Assembly (NCBI GenBank): GCA_026710045.1
Contig: JAPORU010000047.1
Span: forward strand, 455 to 64,454
Reading direction: 5' to 3'
Source: Aestuariivita sp.
GTDB taxonomy: Bacteria > Pseudomonadota > Alphaproteobacteria > Rhodobacterales > Rhodobacteraceae
Length of the DNA stretch: 64,000 nt
In this document: one piece after another, positions 20,337-30,045 of the stretch
Position numbering within the stretch: position 1 is the first letter of the stretch
Layout: the number at the start of each line of letters is the position of its first letter
Position numbers and translations under genes: made by a program
Notes under the pieces: generated by a model
The model's database searches: none
The model's input: only the letters and a program-made list of their open reading frames with translations
What the model was told of the DNA's origin: nothing

Positions 20337-20637
20337 AATTTTTTGATTGGTTCCTTGCGCGTGTTGGTTATGTTGGCAAGATGGGAGTCAGCCTGGGAAA
20401 TTCTCTTATCATGTCAGAAAACTAGCAAAAATATTTTGATAAGTCAAATATATTCGTACGGGAATCGCTCCGATGCGTGTCTTTTCATCCAATGATACAG
20501 CTATGAACGTCTGACTGAATCGCGTGCGGCACATCAAGATTCAAGATTTTTGCATGTGCGGTTTATGGATGATGTGGAGTGCCATTATCCAAATTGGTCA
20601 GGAGATCCGGATGTGTGTGCTTTCGCATATATTACTT

Positions 20638-21735
20638 TTATTGCATGTTGTCGGTCGCCGAAGGGCATTGATACATTGGAGTTAGGGTTGGGCTTCTCCG
20701 GAACGTTTCCGAAATCGGCACTGCAACTGCGTCAAGTCTGCTGCCATCTGGTCCTTGAACCTGGCGTGCATAAAGGCCCCGCGCTTTTGCTTGTTCGGAA
20801 TCGACGGCTTCGCTCAGGGTGCGGACTACGCTGACACATGCGTCAATATTGGCAAATTTTTCGCTCCAGTATTCAGAAGATTGAGCCTGAACCACCGACC
20901 GAATTTCCTGTTGTGTCGCGTCCAATTGAACCCCGGCGGTTTCGCAAAATGCGACCCAGAATTTCTCTTCGATTGCTCCGACTGCCAGAAAACGGCCGTC
21001 GCTGGTCGGATAAAGGTCATACCTGGGACAGCCACCGGTCAGCATTTCGCCTCTCGGTGAAGGGTCTGAGTTGGTCGCCTGTCGCCTGGCTTGAGCCTGA
21101 AGCAGCAGCATGGCCGTTCCATCGGACATGGCGATGTCAAGATGTGCCCCCTTCCCGGTTTTTTCTCGTTGCAGAACAGCCAGCAAAATATTGACGACAG
21201 CGGATAGGGATCCGCCGGCAATATCGGCAGCCAGGGCTGGGGGTACGCTGGGGGTATCGATGGTTCCGGGCGACAAGGCCAGTAGTCCTGACTCGGCTTG
21301 ATAATTCAGATCATGGCCAGCACGGGATCGATTTGGACCATTCTGCCCGTAACCGGTGATCGAGCAATAGATCAGGGATGGGAATAAAGGGTGTAAGTCC
21401 GCGTAGCCAAGTCCCAGTCTATCCATAACGCCCGGACGAAACCCTTCGACCAGGATGTCAGCCGTTTCGATAAGGGATTTCAACTCTTCAATGTGGGCTG
21501 GGTTCTTTAAATCTGTTGCAAAACCTTTCTTGCCCGCTGACAATACAATGTGTTCGGCATTCACACCGTCAACATATGGAGGAAGCTTCGCCATCGGATC
21601 GCCGTCCGGGCGAGTGATACGAATGACTTCGGCCCCCGCTTCTTGCAGAATGAGAGTGGCGAGAGGGCCGGGGATCAGCGAAGAGAAATCAACAATTTTG
21701 ATGCCTGTGAGGGGTTGGTGAGATTCAGAATTCAT
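20638..21735 (-). CDS. family III CoA-transferase (CaiB/BaiF/alpha-methylacyl-CoA racemase-like)
   Basis: LTGIKIVDFSSLIPGPLATLILQEAGAEVIRI at the N-terminus. Start taken at the internal ATG (MNSESHQP). Confidence 0.85.
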   Translation of the reverse strand: MNSESHQPLTGIKIVDFSSLIPGPLATLILQEAGAEVIRITRPDGDPMAKLPPYVDGVNAEHIVLSAGKKGFATDLKNPAHIEELKSLIETADILVEGFRPGVMDRLGLGYADLHPLFPSLIYCSITGYGQNGPNRSRAGHDLNYQAESGLLALSPGTIDTPSVPPALAADIAGGSLSAVVNILLAVLQREKTGKGAHLDIAMSDGTAMLLLQAQARRQATNSDPSPRGEMLTGGCPRYDLYPTSDGRFLAVGAIEEKFWVAFCETAGVQLDATQQEIRSVVQAQSSEYWSEKFANIDACVSVVRTLSEAVDSEQAKARGLYARQVQGPDGSRLDAVAVPISETFRRSPTLTPMYQCPSATDNMQ

Positions 21736-21975
21736 GAAGTGTGAGTTTCCTTGTCTGTCCAATACCTGTCCAACGTAAAAAAAGTGGTTGCAACAGTTTA
21801 AAATCTGCGTATCTTGATCGTCTTTAGACGTCTTTCGTTGGGCAGCAGTTGAGTGCTCTATGCTCTATGCTCTATGATTATATATTTGAACACACCTTAA
21901 TGAATAACATATTCACCGTGGCCGGATTCGCTCCAATTTTGGTGGGATTGGGCCTTCAATAAGTTGAGTTGAACA

Positions 21976-22176
21976 ATGGCCGTCCAACAGAACAAGGTTT
22001 CAAAGTCACGTCGCAATCAAAGACGCGCCCATGACTGGATTCGGGGCATCCATTTTATGGAATGTCCGAATTGTGGTGAGCCGAAGCGTCCGCATCATGT
22101 GTGCGGGGCGTGCGGTTATTATAACGGATTCGAAGTTGTATCAAGTGATGACGGCTATGAAGTCGACGAAGACTAG
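21976..22176 (+). CDS. rpmF: 50S ribosomal protein L32
   Basis: MAVQQNKVSKSRRNQRRAH...CPNCGEPKRPHHVCGACGYY. Confidence 0.95.
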   Translation: MAVQQNKVSKSRRNQRRAHDWIRGIHFMECPNCGEPKRPHHVCGACGYYNGFEVVSSDDGYEVDED

Positions 22177-22209
22177 GCGAAATTGGCGAGTCGTGCATAC
22201 GCATGCAGG

Positions 22210-23286
22210 ATGACCACCTCGACAAAAACACAGGCAAAATCGACTGATGTCTTGATTTCGGTTGATGCCATGGGCGGTGATGCTGGTCCTGCGGCGGTTG
22301 TTGCGGGAATGGCACGTTCTGCACAAAAAAATCCCAACATTGCATTTATTCTTCACGGTCCGACAGATGTCCTGCGTCCGCTTGTTACGCGACGGAAGAC
22401 GCTTATGAATCGTGTAGAGTTTCAGGATGCTCAAGATGTTGTTCTTATGCAGGACCGACCGGCGCATGTGTTGCGTAACGGCAAAGGGACATCTATGTGG
22501 TCGGCCATTGACGCAGTACGTGAAGGCAGAGCGACGGTTGCTGTCTCTTGCGGAAATACCGGAGCCTTGATGGCATTGAGTATGATCGGTCTGAAGAAAC
22601 TCAAGGGTATCAACCGGCCTGCACTTGCGATTTTATTTCCTTCACGAAATCCTCAGGGATTTAATGTTATGCTTGATGCCGGAGCTGATGTGCGTGCGGA
22701 TGCTCAAGATTTACTGCAATATGCGATTATGGGTTCATCTTACGCACGCAATGGCCTGCTGTTGCGGCGTCCGCGTATCGGGCTTTTGAATGTCGGTACG
22801 GAACAGCATAAGGGCCATGCAGAGTTAAAGGAGGCGAATGAACTCATTCGTTCCTTTGCTGATAAAGCCGATTTTGATTTTGTGGGTTTTGTTGAGGGTG
22901 GGGATATACCGGGCGACACGTGTGATGTGATTGTAACTGATGGATTTACCGGAAATGTCGCGATCAAGACGGGTGAGGGTACCGCAACTTTGATTGGTGA
23001 TTTGCTTCAAGATGCCTTTCGCTATACGCCCTTATCGCGTTTGGCTTCATTGTTATCGTTGACATCGCTTCGGAGGTTGCAAAAGCGAATTGATCCACGG
23101 CGCGTAAACGGAGGTGTGTTTCTTGGATTGGCCGGAACGGTCGTTAAATCGCATGGCTCTTCGGATGCAACAGGCGTATCTGCTGCTGTAAAGTTGGCCT
23201 TTCAGCTTGCACAATCAGGGTTTTCTGAACGACTTTCGGCACGGGTGGCAGCCGTTGCGGAATATGCTTCAGATAGTGAGACATAG
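22210..23286 (+). CDS. plsX: phosphate acyltransferase PlsX
   Basis: ISVDAMGGDAGP...SCGNTGALMA...TDGFTGNVAIKT. Start at the internal ATG. Confidence 0.9.
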   Translation: MTTSTKTQAKSTDVLISVDAMGGDAGPAAVVAGMARSAQKNPNIAFILHGPTDVLRPLVTRRKTLMNRVEFQDAQDVVLMQDRPAHVLRNGKGTSMWSAIDAVREGRATVAVSCGNTGALMALSMIGLKKLKGINRPALAILFPSRNPQGFNVMLDAGADVRADAQDLLQYAIMGSSYARNGLLLRRPRIGLLNVGTEQHKGHAELKEANELIRSFADKADFDFVGFVEGGDIPGDTCDVIVTDGFTGNVAIKTGEGTATLIGDLLQDAFRYTPLSRLASLLSLTSLRRLQKRIDPRRVNGGVFLGLAGTVVKSHGSSDATGVSAAVKLAFQLAQSGFSERLSARVAAVAEYASDSET

Positions 23287-23334
23287 CGGTTGGTTCGGGA
23301 ATGACATACTCTAAGGTTTAAGGACGTATCGTTC

Positions 23335-24306
23335 ATGACATGTCGTGCAGTGGTGATTGGGGTTGGTCATTATCTTCCGGAGAGGGTGGTCCCAAACTCT
23401 GAATTGGAATCAATTCTTGATACAACCGATGAATGGATACGGGCACGTTCTGGAATAGAGCAACGGTATTTTGCGGCCGAAGGCGAAACAACATCCAGTA
23501 TGGCTGCTGCCGCTGCAAGAGAGGCCTTACGGTCCGCAAACCTTGTTGGTGATGACATCGATGCCATCATTTTGGCGACGTCGACGGCAGACTTAACGTT
23601 TCCATCGGCTGCGACGATGGTGCAGTCGGCCATCAATATGACGCATGGTTTTTCTTTTGACATCCAAGCCGTCTGTGCTGGCTTCGTTTACGCTCTGTCA
23701 AACGCCAATGCGCTGATCGTATCTGGACAGGCGCAGCGTATATTAGTTATTGGATCTGAGACATTTTCAAAAATAATTGATCCAAGTGATCGTTCGACAT
23801 ATGTGCTCTTTGGTGATGGAGCGGGCGCTTTGATCCTGGAACGACAGGAAGGTCACGGGACCTCGGCGGATCGTGGAATTTTGTCTGTGGACTTGCATTC
23901 TGATGGTCGTCTTCGTGACTTGCTGTACGTTGATGGTGGTGTGTCGACACAAACAACTGGATATCTGCGCATGCAAGGCCATCAGGTTTTTCGCCATGCC
24001 ATTGAAAAGTTGGCGGATACGGCGGTTAATGCGTTGACCAAGGCGAAGCTATCATCTTATGATGTTGATTGGATTGTGCCCCATCAGGCTAACATTCGCA
24101 TTATTCAAGGAACGGCTCGAAAACTGGATTTACCAATGGACAAGGTTGTCGTTACGGTACAGGATCATGGAAATACGTCGGCGGCCTCAATCCCTCTGGC
24201 GCTTTCGGTTGGTGTGAGCCGCGGGCAAATTGAACAAGGTCATGTGTTGGTGGCCGAGGCTATCGGTGGTGGTCTTGCTTGGGGATCTGTTGTACTACGT
24301 TGGTAA
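23335..24306 (+). CDS. fabH: 3-oxoacyl-ACP synthase III
   Basis: 323 aa. Active-site context FDIQAVCAGFVYAL, plus PHQANIRII and GNTSAASIPLAL. Confidence 0.95.
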   Translation: MTCRAVVIGVGHYLPERVVPNSELESILDTTDEWIRARSGIEQRYFAAEGETTSSMAAAAAREALRSANLVGDDIDAIILATSTADLTFPSAATMVQSAINMTHGFSFDIQAVCAGFVYALSNANALIVSGQAQRILVIGSETFSKIIDPSDRSTYVLFGDGAGALILERQEGHGTSADRGILSVDLHSDGRLRDLLYVDGGVSTQTTGYLRMQGHQVFRHAIEKLADTAVNALTKAKLSSYDVDWIVPHQANIRIIQGTARKLDLPMDKVVVTVQDHGNTSAASIPLALSVGVSRGQIEQGHVLVAEAIGGGLAWGSVVLRW

Positions 24307-24343
24307 ACGGGTTGATGTACCATAAAAGAAAAATGAGGTTGTA

Positions 24344-24700
24344 TTGAAAACAACGGCACCGCATATCAAGGGTGATCATCCGGAAGGCGATTCTCGGCAG
24401 AAGACGTCTGTGACACGGCTGGATCTTGCTGCACGAATTCGAGATGAAACCAGATTGCCGCTGAAGGAGTGTTCCACGATCGTTGATTCGATCCTCTGGC
24501 ATATCGAAAATGCGTTGGTTCGAGGAGAGGTCGTCAAGATATCATCTTTTGGAACGTTTCGGCTTCGTGACAAAGCTGGTCGCGCCGGTCGAAATCCTGC
24601 AACTGGGTCTCACGCACATATTGAGCCACGTCGAGTGATTACGTTTCATCCTTCACGCAAGGTTCGCGCTCGCGTCAACGAAGGTCAGTGTGAGAAATAA
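24344..24700 (+). CDS. ihfA: integration host factor subunit alpha
   Basis: The HU/IHF fold motifs [23 protein letters not shown]...ITFHPS. TTG start with a GAGG sequence 7 nt upstream. Confidence 0.9.
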   Translation: MKTTAPHIKGDHPEGDSRQKTSVTRLDLAARIRDETRLPLKECSTIVDSILWHIENALVRGEVVKISSFGTFRLRDKAGRAGRNPATGSHAHIEPRRVITFHPSRKVRARVNEGQCEK

Positions 24701-24714
24701 GGACAAAGAGAGAT

Positions 24715-25629
24715 TTGGCAGCCCGTTCTGTGTCAAAATCGGCCGAGGCGTTTCGCACCATACGGGAAGTCTCGGAGTGGTTGGGCCTTGAGACCCATGT
24801 TCTTCGCTTTTGGGAGAGCAAGTTTCCGCAAGTGCGACCGGTTCGACTCGCGGGGGAGCGGCGCTATTATCGCGTGAAAGATATGTTGATCTTGGGCGGA
24901 ATAAAGAAGCTGTTGCGTGAAGACGGAATGACGATCAAGGGAGTTCAGAATCTCATCAAAAATCGTGGTGTTCAATATGTCGTGGATCTTGCACCTTCGC
25001 TTGATAGTGATGTATCATTGGACTATGCCGTGAGAGACGGGAGAGGGGAAGATGCCGACGTCCAAGATCATTCTTCACCGAGTCTTTGCTCTGAGACCTT
25101 ACAGCACGATGCGGACACTGAGGCTGGTCTGAGCGAACTGCGGCAAGGATCATTCGACGATTTATTTGTTGCAAAAGGATCATTCTCCGAATTGGAGAAT
25201 CCGAAATCAGAGGATGATCCAGCGAATCTTGGTTCCGATATCATCGACATTGAGCAGGCCGAGAAGTACGATCGCGCCGATATAGAAGAGAACGAACTGG
25301 ACAGCGGTGTTGATGAAACGGTTGAAGCGACATATAATCTTTCTGAAACGGTGACGGGCGAGGGAGAGTCAATCGATAAATCCACTTTCGAGATCGAATC
25401 GGGCCGGGACATTACAGACGGTGTGATGGCCCCGGAGGCCAGCGATAGCACATTTGAAGCTGAGGCTGGTTTCGAGCATGTGACGATCCCGGCAGTCGTG
25501 GATACGCAAGGACTTATTTCTGGGCTGACCCAACTCGACGTTCTCTCGCGAAAGCAGAGTCGAGAACTGACTCCGTTGATCGGAAAACTCGCTGTTTTAC
25601 GCAATGAGCTGGAAGAGCGTCCTGAATGA
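24715..25629 (+). CDS. MerR-family transcriptional regulator with a long acidic C-terminal extension
   Basis: The [33 protein letters not shown]. Its position downstream of ihfA is conserved in Alphaproteobacteria. The C-terminal half is low-complexity and D/E/S-rich. Confidence 0.85.
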   Translation: MAARSVSKSAEAFRTIREVSEWLGLETHVLRFWESKFPQVRPVRLAGERRYYRVKDMLILGGIKKLLREDGMTIKGVQNLIKNRGVQYVVDLAPSLDSDVSLDYAVRDGRGEDADVQDHSSPSLCSETLQHDADTEAGLSELRQGSFDDLFVAKGSFSELENPKSEDDPANLGSDIIDIEQAEKYDRADIEENELDSGVDETVEATYNLSETVTGEGESIDKSTFEIESGRDITDGVMAPEASDSTFEAEAGFEHVTIPAVVDTQGLISGLTQLDVLSRKQSRELTPLIGKLAVLRNELEERPE

Positions 25630-25750
25630 GTTGGACATTTTGTTGACGTATTTGCTCAAAAGTTTAATGGGTTTGTGTGCATCTTCATATTTCAGTCTCT
25701 CATTGTTGCTTGTTCTCGTGAGCAATCTACGGTAACGTATGTGCTTCAGT

Positions 25751-25827
25751 CGGGCTATGGCGCAGCCTGGTAGCGCGTCCGTCTGGGGGACGGAAGGTCG
25801 CAGGTTCAAGTCCTGCTAGCCCGACCA
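25751..25827 (+). tRNA. tRNA-Pro (anticodon GGG)
   Basis: Hand-folded 77-nt cloverleaf. Acceptor stem CGGGCTA/TAGCCCG, D stem GCGC/GCGC, anticodon stem TCCGT/ACGGA with loop CTGGGGG. T stem is GCAGG/CCTGC with loop TTCAAGT, the discriminator is A, and CCA is encoded. Confidence 0.95.
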
Positions 25828-25875
25828 CATTATTCGCCCCGTATCGTACTCAATGAATTTAGTTGGAAAGAGGGA

Positions 25876-26955
25876 ATGGGAGGGGTTTATTCCAATCAAC
25901 AAATTCAGACCTTTATTGATGAAGGTTGGCTGGTAGTTGATCATGCTATCACGTTGGATCAGATTCAGCCGGCTAGTCTTGATCTGCGGCTTGGTGACAT
26001 TGCTTATCGAATGCGTGCCTCATTCTTGCCAGGTAAGGACCAACCGGTCATGGACCGTTTGGCTAACTTCACGATGCACAGTATCGACTTGTCTGCGGGT
26101 GCCGTTCTGGAGAAGGGATGTGTTTATCTGGTTCCGTTGCAGGAGAGGCTTGCACTGCCTCCGTCAATCGATGCCATTACCAATGCCAAGAGTTCAACGG
26201 GACGGCTTGATATATTAACGCGCACGATTGTTGATGGCGGGACAGAATTTGATCGTATTCCTGCGGGATATTGTGGGCCCCTGTATGCTGAGATCTGCCC
26301 ACGCTCATTTTCGGTGCTGGTGCGACCGGGACTTCTCTTAAATCAGATTCGATTCCGAAACGGGCCTTCTACTCTGAATGACCAGGAGTTGCAGGAGCTG
26401 CACGAGCGAACACCGCTCTTGGATGTTGATACCGTTATTCATCAAGGCATCGGATTTTCGGTTGATCTTGCACCGCAGGCTCCAATGTTGGTGGGTTTTC
26501 GTGCTAAACCCCATACAGCCGTCATCGACCTCGCACGCGTTGGCCATTACGAGGTTTCGGATTATTGGGAGCCCGTGCACAGTCAGAACGGACAAGTCAT
26601 TTTGGACCCGGGAGCCTTTTATATCCTGGTTAGCAAGGAATCGGTTAATATTCCTCCTGAATATGCCGCGGAAATGGCTCCGTATCTTGCGATGGTGGGA
26701 GAATTTCGTGTTCATTATGCGGGTTTTTTTGATCCTGGTTTTGGTCACGATAGATCGGGCGGCCGCGGTTCCCGCGCTGTGTTGGAGGTGCGTTGTCACG
26801 AAGTTCCATTTGTATTGAACGATGGCCAGGTTGTTGGACGGCTTGTTTATGAGCGCATGGCTCACGTTCCGACCTTGCTCTACGGTTCTGAAATTGCTTC
26901 AAATTACCAAGGTCAGGGATTAAAATTGTCCAAGCATTTCAAGGCGTTTGAGTGA
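25876..26955 (+). CDS. 2'-deoxycytidine 5'-triphosphate deaminase, long DCD-family form
   Basis: 359 aa. N-terminal IQPASLDLRLG and an overall duplicated dUTPase-like architecture as in long-form dCTP deaminases. Confidence 0.75.
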   Translation: MGGVYSNQQIQTFIDEGWLVVDHAITLDQIQPASLDLRLGDIAYRMRASFLPGKDQPVMDRLANFTMHSIDLSAGAVLEKGCVYLVPLQERLALPPSIDAITNAKSSTGRLDILTRTIVDGGTEFDRIPAGYCGPLYAEICPRSFSVLVRPGLLLNQIRFRNGPSTLNDQELQELHERTPLLDVDTVIHQGIGFSVDLAPQAPMLVGFRAKPHTAVIDLARVGHYEVSDYWEPVHSQNGQVILDPGAFYILVSKESVNIPPEYAAEMAPYLAMVGEFRVHYAGFFDPGFGHDRSGGRGSRAVLEVRCHEVPFVLNDGQVVGRLVYERMAHVPTLLYGSEIASNYQGQGLKLSKHFKAFE

Positions 26956-27314
26956 CAATAAGTAGGTTTAGATGCGTTTGAACAATCGAGGTGACAATTA
27001 AGGTGTTTTGGAATGTCCAGCGTTTACCATCTACTGACGTGGCACTGATTGGTCCCCACGTCTATTTTCTTGACTGATTTGAAGAACTGGCTTGGTTGAA
27101 TGAACAGAATTTGAGAAATGCCGTTGAGTATTTGTCATAAGCGTCTTGCGGGAATTTCACGTCAGCTAGTCATTCAATATTCTCTTATGAAGGATAATCA
27201 AAGCGAGGAGATCTGATCCATAACGTATCAAGAGTTCGGGCCAATGTTTCGTCATGACAATAACGTGATTCGATCCGACGCATCCGTTTTGAGAGTTGTG
27301 AACACAACTTACAC

Positions 27315-27719
27315 TTAGCCCTTTTGCCGAATGTAAGCTGTGGCTTCGATTTCGATGAGGGCTTCGTTCTCGACAAAATCTTTGATGATCAGCATCGACA
27401 TGGCCGGGAAATGTTTCCGGAAGATACTTTGATAGGTCTTGCCGATCTCATGCTGTTTGGCCAGGTATTCTGTCTTGTCTTTTATGAACCAGGTAAGACG
27501 CCCAATATCCGTGACATCTCCACCGGCAGCATGGACAACTTCGACAATATTGGTGAGCGCTTGCTTCATTTGGGGGATGAAGCCACCCTCTACGAATCGC
27601 TTCTCCTTGTCCCAGCCAATCTGCCCGCTGATATGGAGCGTGCCGTCCTCCATCAGCATGCCATTGGCATATCCAAGCGCGGGAGCCCAGCCTTCGGGGT
27701 GAATGGTCTTTGGATACAT
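27315..27719 (-). CDS. RidA/YjgF family protein
   Basis: 134 aa. ISGQIGWD...ALTNIVEVVHAAGG...EIEATAYI. Confidence 0.8.
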   Translation of the reverse strand: MYPKTIHPEGWAPALGYANGMLMEDGTLHISGQIGWDKEKRFVEGGFIPQMKQALTNIVEVVHAAGGDVTDIGRLTWFIKDKTEYLAKQHEIGKTYQSIFRKHFPAMSMLIIKDFVENEALIEIEATAYIRQKG

Positions 27720-28021
27720 TGTCAGGTCTCCACGAGTGTATTCGTTCTATCCTGCACGAGACACAAGCTTTATAGTGGGTTGTGCTGTGTGATGGTGACA
27801 CGCGTTTGAGGCGCTGTCGATGGTCAGCAAATTGTAGGTGACATAGCGACCGATATCCACACCGTTCAGAATATGCATCTTAATCAAAGGTCGTAGTTGC
27901 AGAGGACCGGGTAAAGTTCAGAGTAGGTTTCTCCGGGTTAACTTCATCAGTCATCTTAAAGACTTCTCCAGTGCCACATCGGATATGGACAAGTGGGGCT
28001 GTCATTTGAGTTTCTCTTGAT

Positions 28022-29209
28022 TCAGGTGACACGGGATTTGGTTTGGTATTTTGGATCCCGCCAGAGCTCGTCATGGATCACTTCTTCGATGATATTGATG
28101 GCGGCCATGACGTCAGCCCTGTCGATATAAAGAGGCGTAAAACCAAAACGCATGATATTCGGCGCACGGAAATCGCCGATCACGCCCCGATCGATCAAGG
28201 CTTGCATGGCTGCGTATCCATGCTCAAAAGTGAATGAAACCTGTGACCCACGCTGGTCTGCATTGCGCGGAGAGGCGAGTGTCAGTTGCGGGCAACGGGA
28301 CTCGATTTCCTGTATGAAGGCTTCACACAATGCCACTGTGGAGGTGCGCAACTCTTCCATGTCGACGCCTTTCCAAACATTGAGTGCGGCGTCCAGAATC
28401 GACAACTGGATAATCGGCGGTGTGCCGATGCGCAGACGTTCGGTGGACATGGCTGGTCGATAGCCAATCTCCATCGCAAAAGGTGCCTCATGACCCAACC
28501 AGCCGGCAAGGGCCGGCTCGGTTGACGCGATGATATCGGGACGTGCGTAGATAAATGCGGGTGCACCCGGACCGCCATTGAGATATTTATAGGTGCATCC
28601 GACCGCGAACTCGGTATTCGAACCGATCAGATTGACCGGTATGGCCCCGGCGGAATGCGCGAGATCCCAGATCATCACCGCACCCGCCGCATGGGCCTTT
28701 GCTGTTATTGCCGCCATGTCGTGCATCCGACCCGAGCGGTAATCGACCTGCGTTAGCATCACGACGGCTACATTGTCTGTGATCTCCTGCGCCACATCTT
28801 CTGGTGTAGGGACGCGCAGTTCATAGTCTTTGTCTACGGTGCTGATCAGCCCTGTTGCCATATAAAGATCGGTAGGAAAGTTGCCATTGTCCGAAAGGAT
28901 GACTCGGCGCTCTGGGCGCATCTTGAGAGCCGCCGCCAGTGCTTGATAGACTTTGATCGACAGGGTGTCCCCAGTGGCCACGGATCCCGCCGGTGCGCCG
29001 ATCAATCCTGCGATCCGGTCGCCTACGCGCGTTGGAAGCGACATCCAATCTGCCGTGTTCCATGCCTTGATGAGCTCGCTACCCCATTCCCGTGTGATAA
29101 CATCCTCAGCCCGAGCTGCTGCGCCTTTGGGTAAAGGTCCCAGCGAATTGCCGTTGAGATAGATCACCCCTTCGGGTAGATCAAATAATGCTTTACGCGG
29201 TAGGGTCAT
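28022..29209 (-). CDS. kynU: kynureninase
   Basis: 395 aa PLP enzyme. YLNGNSLGP...WDLAHSAG...CTYKYLNGGPGAPAF. Confidence 0.9.
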   Translation of the reverse strand: MTLPRKALFDLPEGVIYLNGNSLGPLPKGAAARAEDVITREWGSELIKAWNTADWMSLPTRVGDRIAGLIGAPAGSVATGDTLSIKVYQALAAALKMRPERRVILSDNGNFPTDLYMATGLISTVDKDYELRVPTPEDVAQEITDNVAVVMLTQVDYRSGRMHDMAAITAKAHAAGAVMIWDLAHSAGAIPVNLIGSNTEFAVGCTYKYLNGGPGAPAFIYARPDIIASTEPALAGWLGHEAPFAMEIGYRPAMSTERLRIGTPPIIQLSILDAALNVWKGVDMEELRTSTVALCEAFIQEIESRCPQLTLASPRNADQRGSQVSFTFEHGYAAMQALIDRGVIGDFRAPNIMRFGFTPLYIDRADVMAAINIIEEVIHDELWRDPKYQTKSRVT

Positions 29210-30045
29210 AGCTCACCTCTCAGGTACCAGAGTTCAGGAAAGAGCTCGACGTCCAGCATGCGCCGGAGATACGACACACCCTCTGTGCCGCCGGTTCCGC
29301 GCTTAAAGCCGATCACGCGCTCTACAGTTGTGACGTGGTTGAAGCGCCAGCGACGGAAGTAATCCTCGAGGTCCACCAGCTTTTCACCCAGCTCGTAGAG
29401 CGACCAGTAGACATCGATGTTTTTATAAACGGTCTTCCATCGGGCCTGAATGTTCGGTACCGCTGTATGTGGGCTGTCGAGCTGCGGTGTAGGTACGTCA
29501 TTCTCGTGGCCGTCTACCGTGCGGAACAGGTGGCGCACCACTTCGTCGTAAAAGCTTGGTTGCGTCAGTTCTTTCAACAGCATCGCGTGAACCTCAGGCA
29601 CATGGACATGTGGCCGCAGCATGTTCGGGTTGCGGTTGCCCAGAATATATTCGATCATTCGGTATTGATATGACTGAAAACCCGAAGATTGCCCCAGCGC
29701 CTTGCGGAACGTGGTATAATCTGCAGGCGTCATGGTGCGCAACACGTCCCATTGGTTGTTTAGCTGTTCAAAGATGCGGCTGACACGGGCCAGCATCTTG
29801 AACATGGTTGCCGTGTCACCTGATTTTAGCGCGTCGCGCGCGGCACCTAATTCGTGCAGAATCAGTTTCATCCACAATTCGGACGTCTGGTGCTGAATGA
29901 TGAACAGGAGTTCATCGTGGGCCGTGCTGAGCATCTGCTGAGCATTGAGAACTGGCGAAAGATGGAGATAATCGCTGTAGGACATGACGTCCTTGAGATC
30001 CATCTTGGCACCGCCGGTTCCGGGATTGTCGACCGATGTGCTCAT
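29206..30045 (-). CDS. kynA: tryptophan 2,3-dioxygenase
   Basis: 279 aa. YSDYLHL...HDELLFIIQHQTSELWMKL...GTGGTEGVSYLR. A 4-nt overlap with kynU. Confidence 0.9.
   Translation of the reverse strand: MSTSVDNPGTGGAKMDLKDVMSYSDYLHLSPVLNAQQMLSTAHDELLFIIQHQTSELWMKLILHELGAARDALKSGDTATMFKMLARVSRIFEQLNNQWDVLRTMTPADYTTFRKALGQSSGFQSYQYRMIEYILGNRNPNMLRPHVHVPEVHAMLLKELTQPSFYDEVVRHLFRTVDGHENDVPTPQLDSPHTAVPNIQARWKTVYKNIDVYWSLYELGEKLVDLEDYFRRWRFNHVTTVERVIGFKRGTGGTEGVSYLRRMLDVELFPELWYLRGEL

Noticed and set aside
21854-21876. Tandem repeat (TGCTCTA) x3 upstream of rpmF
   Set aside because: With only three copies of a 7-mer in an intergenic leader, it is too short to argue for function or slippage.
25068-25604. 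178-aa minus-strand ORF, serine-rich
   Set aside because: It is entirely antisense to the low-complexity acidic tail of the MerR-family gene. The complement of GAx/GAy-rich coding sequence gives an open Ser/Val-rich shadow frame, and there is no independent support.
25828-27314. tRNA-Pro as the attachment site of a genomic island
   Set aside because: No integrase gene and no visible direct repeat of the tRNA 3' end lie downstream. The immediate neighbour is a conserved dCTP-deaminase-like gene.
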